DNA of 64,000 nucleotides from Heptranchias perlo (lineage: Eukaryota). Location: NCBI RefSeq assembly GCF_035084215.1, contig NC_090326.1:16616001-16680000 (forward strand), read 5' to 3'. A model generated the notes under the pieces. It was not told the DNA's origin, searched no databases, and saw only the letters and a program-made list of their open reading frames with translations. How positions within the stretch are numbered: position 1 is the stretch's first letter; each line of letters starts with the position of its first letter. A program made the position numbers and the translations under genes. Positions 58,350 to 64,000 of this stretch are shown here, piece after piece.

Positions 58350-58770
58350 GTGTCAGCCTTGGCTCAGTGGTAACACTGAGTCAGAAAGTTGTGGGTTCAA
58401 GTCCAACTTCAGAGCCTTGAGCACATAATCCAGGCTGACACACTCAGTGCAATACTGAGGGAGTGCTGCACTGTCAGAGGTGCCGTCTTTCGGATGAGAT
58501 GTTAAACCGAAGCCCCATCTGCCCTCTCAGGTGTGCTTAAAAGATCCTATGGCACTATTTCAAAGAAGAGCTGGGGAGTTCTCTCTGGTGTCCTGGCCAA
58601 TATTAACCCCTCAACCTACATCATCAGAACAGATTATCTGGTCATTATCACATTGTTGTTTGTGGGACCTTGCTGTGTGCAAATTGGCTGCTGCGTTTCC
58701 TACATTACAACAATGACTACACTTCAAAAGTACTTTGTTGGCTGTAACATGCTTTGGGACGTCCCGAGGC
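58350..58770 (+). mobile_element. Deu-SINE
   Basis: Head and core intact, tail clipped. Confidence 0.87.
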
Positions 58771-61700
58771 TGTTTCCTCCTTGAGAATGCAGATGGATGA
58801 CTATCCGGTTAAGAACAGCACTGAAGACAAGGATAAGTACAGAGTTCGACGGTCAGATACTCTATTGATCACTGCTTCCAGTCCCATCATTTGTAGAACG
58901 CAGCTAGAGTTGATGAATGTTGACAAGCAGACAGTAATGTTAACCTGGTATCCTAGTCACAAAAGAAAGCTTGACGTTTGTGTGGCTTTTCATCAAAATA
59001 TTTAAGGAATTGAACAAACTATAAAAATGGTGCAAAATCGTATATGAACCATTAGAGTGTGTGAACGTTGGGCTGAAATGGCTTTTTCTTGACCATCATC
59101 TGACTATAAAGAACAGAAACACATTTAACAGATACTCGAGGACTTCTGAATTGGATTTCCCTGACCGAGAATAACGAAACCATTGATCTCTCTGTATTAT
59201 CTGTTCTTGACTAAAATCAGTACCAAGTTATAGCTGGTTGGTACTGTAGATTTACATCATCAATAGGAGCTGGATTGAGACTATACCAACTCACTTCAGT
59301 TAAACCTCGATCATCAAGACAAGCGGGCAGAAAGACTCAGTCAGGGCTGGATTAAAACCTAGGAGCTAATCACTGTGCTCCCCATTCCCTACACCCACAC
59401 CAGGTATGGCTGAATGGGTTGGAAAATGTTTGGAGAAACATTGCAAGAAATGAGGAAATTCCTTTTATGAAGCCAGAACAGGCAGTTCTGGTGGGACTGA
59501 GTTACTGACTGTATTCCTTTAATAGAATGATTTAAGAGATAATAATTGCTGAACTCACCAACCATTCATCAACATTTAACTGGACCATACAGATTGCCGA
59601 AATAGTAAATTTACAAAAGTATTATTTCTGCACGCGTCTTTTGCAGAAGTATTATTTCTCAAAGGGCCAAGACTTGATGCACGTCCAGTTTACCACAACC
59701 TACAAAAAAAAAAGTTCTTAACTTTCAAAAAACCTATTAAAACTCATTAGGATTACTAATCTTGAGGAAATGAGTCAACCTCAAGGCATATTATTCAAAA
59801 CACAATTATAATTCATCCCAACTTGATAGCGTCAGGTCAATGAATGGCAATTCTATTTGCAGTAACATTACAGCAGCTCTTTACAGAGACCCACCTCCAG
59901 GCAACAATCACTATCTGCTGATAAGAGGTTGAGATTAAGCAAGCCTTCACACTAATAGCAGGTCCTAAGCTTTTTATAAACAGTGCTGAAATAGACCAGC
60001 CTTTTAAAATGCCATAACACAGCATTGCAACAAAATTTCCAGTTCCTGAACCTGGAGCTATTGGATTGCCAGGGTGCAGGGAACACGGGGCAATCCAGTG
60101 GGAGGAGCGCACACCTGTAAGGGAACACACATGATCTCCTGGCATGCGTTGCGCCAGGTTACCCAATTGCTTCAGGCACGGGAACGGGAAGATTTGCCCC
60201 ATCTTTAAGTAATATTAGGAGAAATGAAGAACAGCGTATGTTGACGCACAAAGGCTTATACACGGGGTGTGAAAATGCTAGCTATATGTTTCTGCCAAAC
60301 ACAAAGAGAGCAGCAAGTGTTTTTTTTCCCCCCAGTGTGGACAATACTTACAATTTTAGTAAATTTTGCTCTGTTCAGTGTTGCTAGTACCTCAATGTGT
60401 ATGTGCGTAGTTTGAGACATGACAAGTGGTAGGTGTAACCTGCTTGGAAGGAACAGGTGACTTTAGACCTATGGTTCCCATGTTTCTATGCATTAGCCTT
60501 GTATTAATGTGTACAATTCACCGGAGGAGGACTAGAGAGTCAGAGGCTCTCTGTAGAGATTTAGTTAGAACAAGTACAGCTGAGGAAACCGCCCCCCAAC
60601 CACCCTTCCCTCCCCATCCCCCTCAGCACCCCCTTCCCAATACTTGAAGAGGCTCCCAACACTCACCATCAAGGATCACACATTAATAGTGGCCACTTGG
60701 ACAAATTCAGGTTGACTTGTTGCCCTTGGAACCTGAGCTAATTAAGGAGAAAATTGGCCAGAGAGAGAGATAACCAAGGCAGCAACAGGTCATAAATAGA
60801 AGAACATTTTTTCATACGAAGGACCTTGAACAAACTTTCAACAGGCCTCATAGATTTATCACAAATAGATTGTGTCCTCAGGGACCGCTCCTGGGAAAAA
60901 ATTAAACTTCATGAAAAACAGCCCGACAGAGACGCAAAAAGCTTTGTGATCGGCAGCCCATCCACCACCTTAAACATTCACTCCCTCCACCACTGTGACT
61001 GCCTTGTGTACTATTTACAGGATGTACTGCAGCAACTCACCAAGACTTCAACAGCACCTTGCAAACCTGCGATCTCCACCACCTAGAAGGACAAGGGCAG
61101 CAGGCACATGGGAACACCACCACTCCAAGTCACACATCATCCCGACTTGGACATATATCGCCGTTCCTTTATCGTCGCTGGGTCAAACTTCGAACTCCCT
61201 ATCCAACAGAAATGTGGGAGCACCTTCACCACACAGACTGCTCACCACCACCTTCTCAAAGGCAATTAGGGATAGGCAATAAATGCCAGCAACGCCAACA
61301 CCCAGAGAAATTTTTTTTTTTTTAAATCCCAGTGAAACGGAGCAATTTACCCATATGCGCTCTTCAAAGCTTCTGTTGGTACATCGCTCTTGGGCACTAT
61401 TTGTGTGAAAATAAGGACGACATTATGGTGGCTTAATGACACAGCGCTGCCACCATGTGGTAGGTCAGGGGTTCACACCCACAAATTTCTCAATTTGAAC
61501 CTCCCCAGCCCACCCACCCAACCCCCACATCAACAGAAGCTGCCCGCCAAACACTGTCACCAGGAGTTTGGGCGAGGAAAAAGACCAGTCAACTTGGCTG
61601 CTCTACACACCTACCAGGTAGCTCAAAAGCAACGTTGGCAGAATCCTGGGAGCAGATCATTTGTGCACTCAGTGTCAGTAATAACAACATGTGGCTGGTA

Positions 61701-62019
61701 AGGGCAGGAGAAAGAAAGACATTTCAAAGAGAAAGGGGCACTATTTCTAATTCCTATTTCAAAATTGTACGTCAAAGTTTCTTCCCCCCCCCCCCCCTTT
61801 AAACAGAAAGCAGCCTCAAAAAGCCCAAGAAATTTTCCACCTACCTTTTGGAAAAAATGACTGATGAATCTTCACATTATGCTTGGGGTGGTGGGGGGAG
61901 GAACAAGAGAAAACCGCATGATGTATGTTTTTACCGGACAAGACAAACGGAAACAGTGGACTTGAGATGGAGATGTTACAAGAGAAATTAGGAAATTATC
62001 CATAGCCCAGCCAAACAGA

Positions 62020-62550
62020 ATATAGAGGCATAGAGTACAAAAGCAAGGAAGTTATGCTAAATCTTTATAAAACACTGGTTAGGCGTCAGCTGGAGTATTG
62101 TGCTCAATTCTGGGCACCACACTTTAGGAAGGATGTCAAGGCCTTGGAGAGAGTGCAGTAGAGATTAACTAGAATGGTATCAGGGTTGAGGGACTTCAGT
62201 TATGTGGAGACACTGGAGAAGCTGGACTCATTCTCCTTAGAACAGAGAAGAATTTGATAGAGGTGTTCAAAATCTTGACCTGAAAGCAATCAAGGAGAAA
62301 ATGTTTCGAGTGGCAGAAGGGTCAGTAACCAGAGGACACAGATTTAAGGAATGCACTGTCTGAAAAGGTGATGGAAGCAGATTCAATAGTAACATCCAAA
62401 AAGGGAATTGGATAAATACTTGAAGGGAAAAAAAAAGTACAGGGCTATGGGGAAAGAGCAGGGGAATAGGGCTAATTGGATAGCTCTTTCAAAGAGCTGG
62501 CACAGGTACGATGGGCCAAATGGCCTTCTCCTGTGCTGTACCTACTATGA
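62020..62550 (+). mobile_element. CR1 3' fragment
   Basis: CTGGAGTATTGTGCTCAATTCTGGGCACCACACTTTAGGAAGGATG and 3' UTR. Confidence 0.85.
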
Positions 62551-63054
62551 TCTCAGTGCTTTAGAAGTGTGGCTAGTTAGTGAAATCGTTCAATTAGTCC
62601 CATCACCGGTTATTCTTTTATAGTCATGGCTTGGAACAACTTAACTAACCTGGAGCCGCATATGAGCTTTGGGTGGGGGGGGGCATTCTCTTACATTCCA
62701 CTCCTCCATCTTTAATTAGTTTTATTAAAATAATTGCTTTGCTTCTTAAGGCTAATGTGTACTGATGAACTGATGAACTGATGAACCTGAAGTGGCACTG
62801 GTGAGAATAGCGAGATTTCATTCAGGTACGTGAGAAAACCTAGTGCAATGGAGTAAAATCTTTAACTGAATGCTACAAAAATGGTGCAAATGCAAATGGT
62901 GTTTGATTTCTGTAGACAGTGACAAAATGCCAATTTGATGGGTTGTTAGGAATGACAAGAGTTAACTTCCTCAAATACCAGACCACAATCACTAGATCAG
63001 ACGCAAATCTGACCAACAATTAACCTCAAAGAAAACTCAGCAACTTTTACATCA

Positions 63055-63175
63055 TTGGCTGCCGTATTTTATTATATTACAATAATGACTACACTTTAAA
63101 AAGTACTTCATTGGCCGTGAATCACTTCGGAATGTCCTGAGGTCGTGAACGGCACTATACAAATACAGGTTCTTT
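63055..63175 (+). mobile_element. Deu-SINE 3' tail fragment
   Basis: ATTGGCTGCC...GACTACACTTTAAAAAGTACTTCATTGGC...CCTGAGGTCGTGAA. Confidence 0.7.
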
Positions 63176-64000
63176 CTTCACTACATTGTGCGAATGAGTT
63201 ATAAATTTGGGAAACTTTAAATCCAGAAGAAATGAATCAACGAATTTGATAAAAGGACAGAACGTTGTGGATCTATTCCTCTCCATCTTGGTTTGGGGGG
63301 GGCAGGGGGGGCAGGGGCTGGAGGAAGAGGGAGGAACAGATTCAACAGAGACTGACACAGAAGAGTAGACTACACTACACTACATTCTCTGACTAATTTC
63401 TATGAATTACTGTTCTCAGGCAGATACTTATGAAAGTGTACTAATCTTAGGAGACTTCTGCAATCCCACATGCTAAACAGCATTAGCTTTATGAACACGA
63501 GGATAGGAGGCACTAGCACAGTCTATATCATTACTGCAGAATAGAGATCAGAATGATAACAGCTTGGCACTAATTGTGACCAGAGAAATATAAAAAGTTG
63601 TATGCTAGTGTTCAATATGTTTTACTGTATTTGTTGCACATATTAAGCTTACATTTTGTCTTCATGCAAATATATTGTATATGGTAGAATAACCATAGCC
63701 TCTCGTGGCTATTATAATTCCTCTACATACTGGTTAAAGCAAGACAACTAAAAATAAATAAAACTAGGTTACACGCCAGCTCAGTCCTTGGTCTGGATGC
63801 CCAGTATTAAGCGGTGTTGCTCTGCAGAAATTCAATGACAGATATTAAATGGTTTTTCATCATCAGGGTGTGAAAACCTCCCATACTTCGCACATTTTTT
63901 CAATTTAAAATGACAAGTTTACTAGCGAAATTCTAGATGGGACACTTCGTCTCAAGGCTTTTGCTTGTAAAATACTATTTGGCAGGCAAAAGATTACAAC

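Noticed and set aside
61440-61465. CTCF-like motif (minus strand CCACATGGTGGCAGCG)
   Set aside because: The core deviates from consensus, and such a match is expected by chance in 64 kb.
63155-63358. Minus-strand ORF as SLC9A3 exon 1
   Set aside because: It has no signal peptide, no ALWIL/LAKI motif and no matching phase-1 donor.

Overview
This is eukaryotic, repeat-rich DNA, most likely from a cartilaginous fish (inferred from the SINE/LINE repertoire). The minus strand carries coding exons 2-16 of SLC9A3 (Na+/H+ exchanger 3, NHE3) between 34658 and 1703. All 15 exons have AG acceptors, the 14 internal ones have GT donors, and they splice into one open frame (2252 nt, ending ...LPESSM*). 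Exon 1 was not found, so 34659-64000 is probably intron 1. The introns hold many CR1 and L2-type LINE fragments and tRNA-derived SINEs, several of them nested. They also hold a PIF/Harbinger transposon with TIRs, an ATT target-site duplication (TSD), a transposase and a Myb/SANT gene; a tRNA-Arg pseudogene next to a histone H2B pseudogene; and a 39-bp minisatellite. The most striking structure is a set of three Penelope-like fold-back insertions with 12-13 bp TSDs. Two carry minimal hammerhead-ribozyme motifs (truncated in the third) and one retains a GIY-YIG endonuclease fragment. Repeat boundaries are approximate and family names come from recognition, not database searches.
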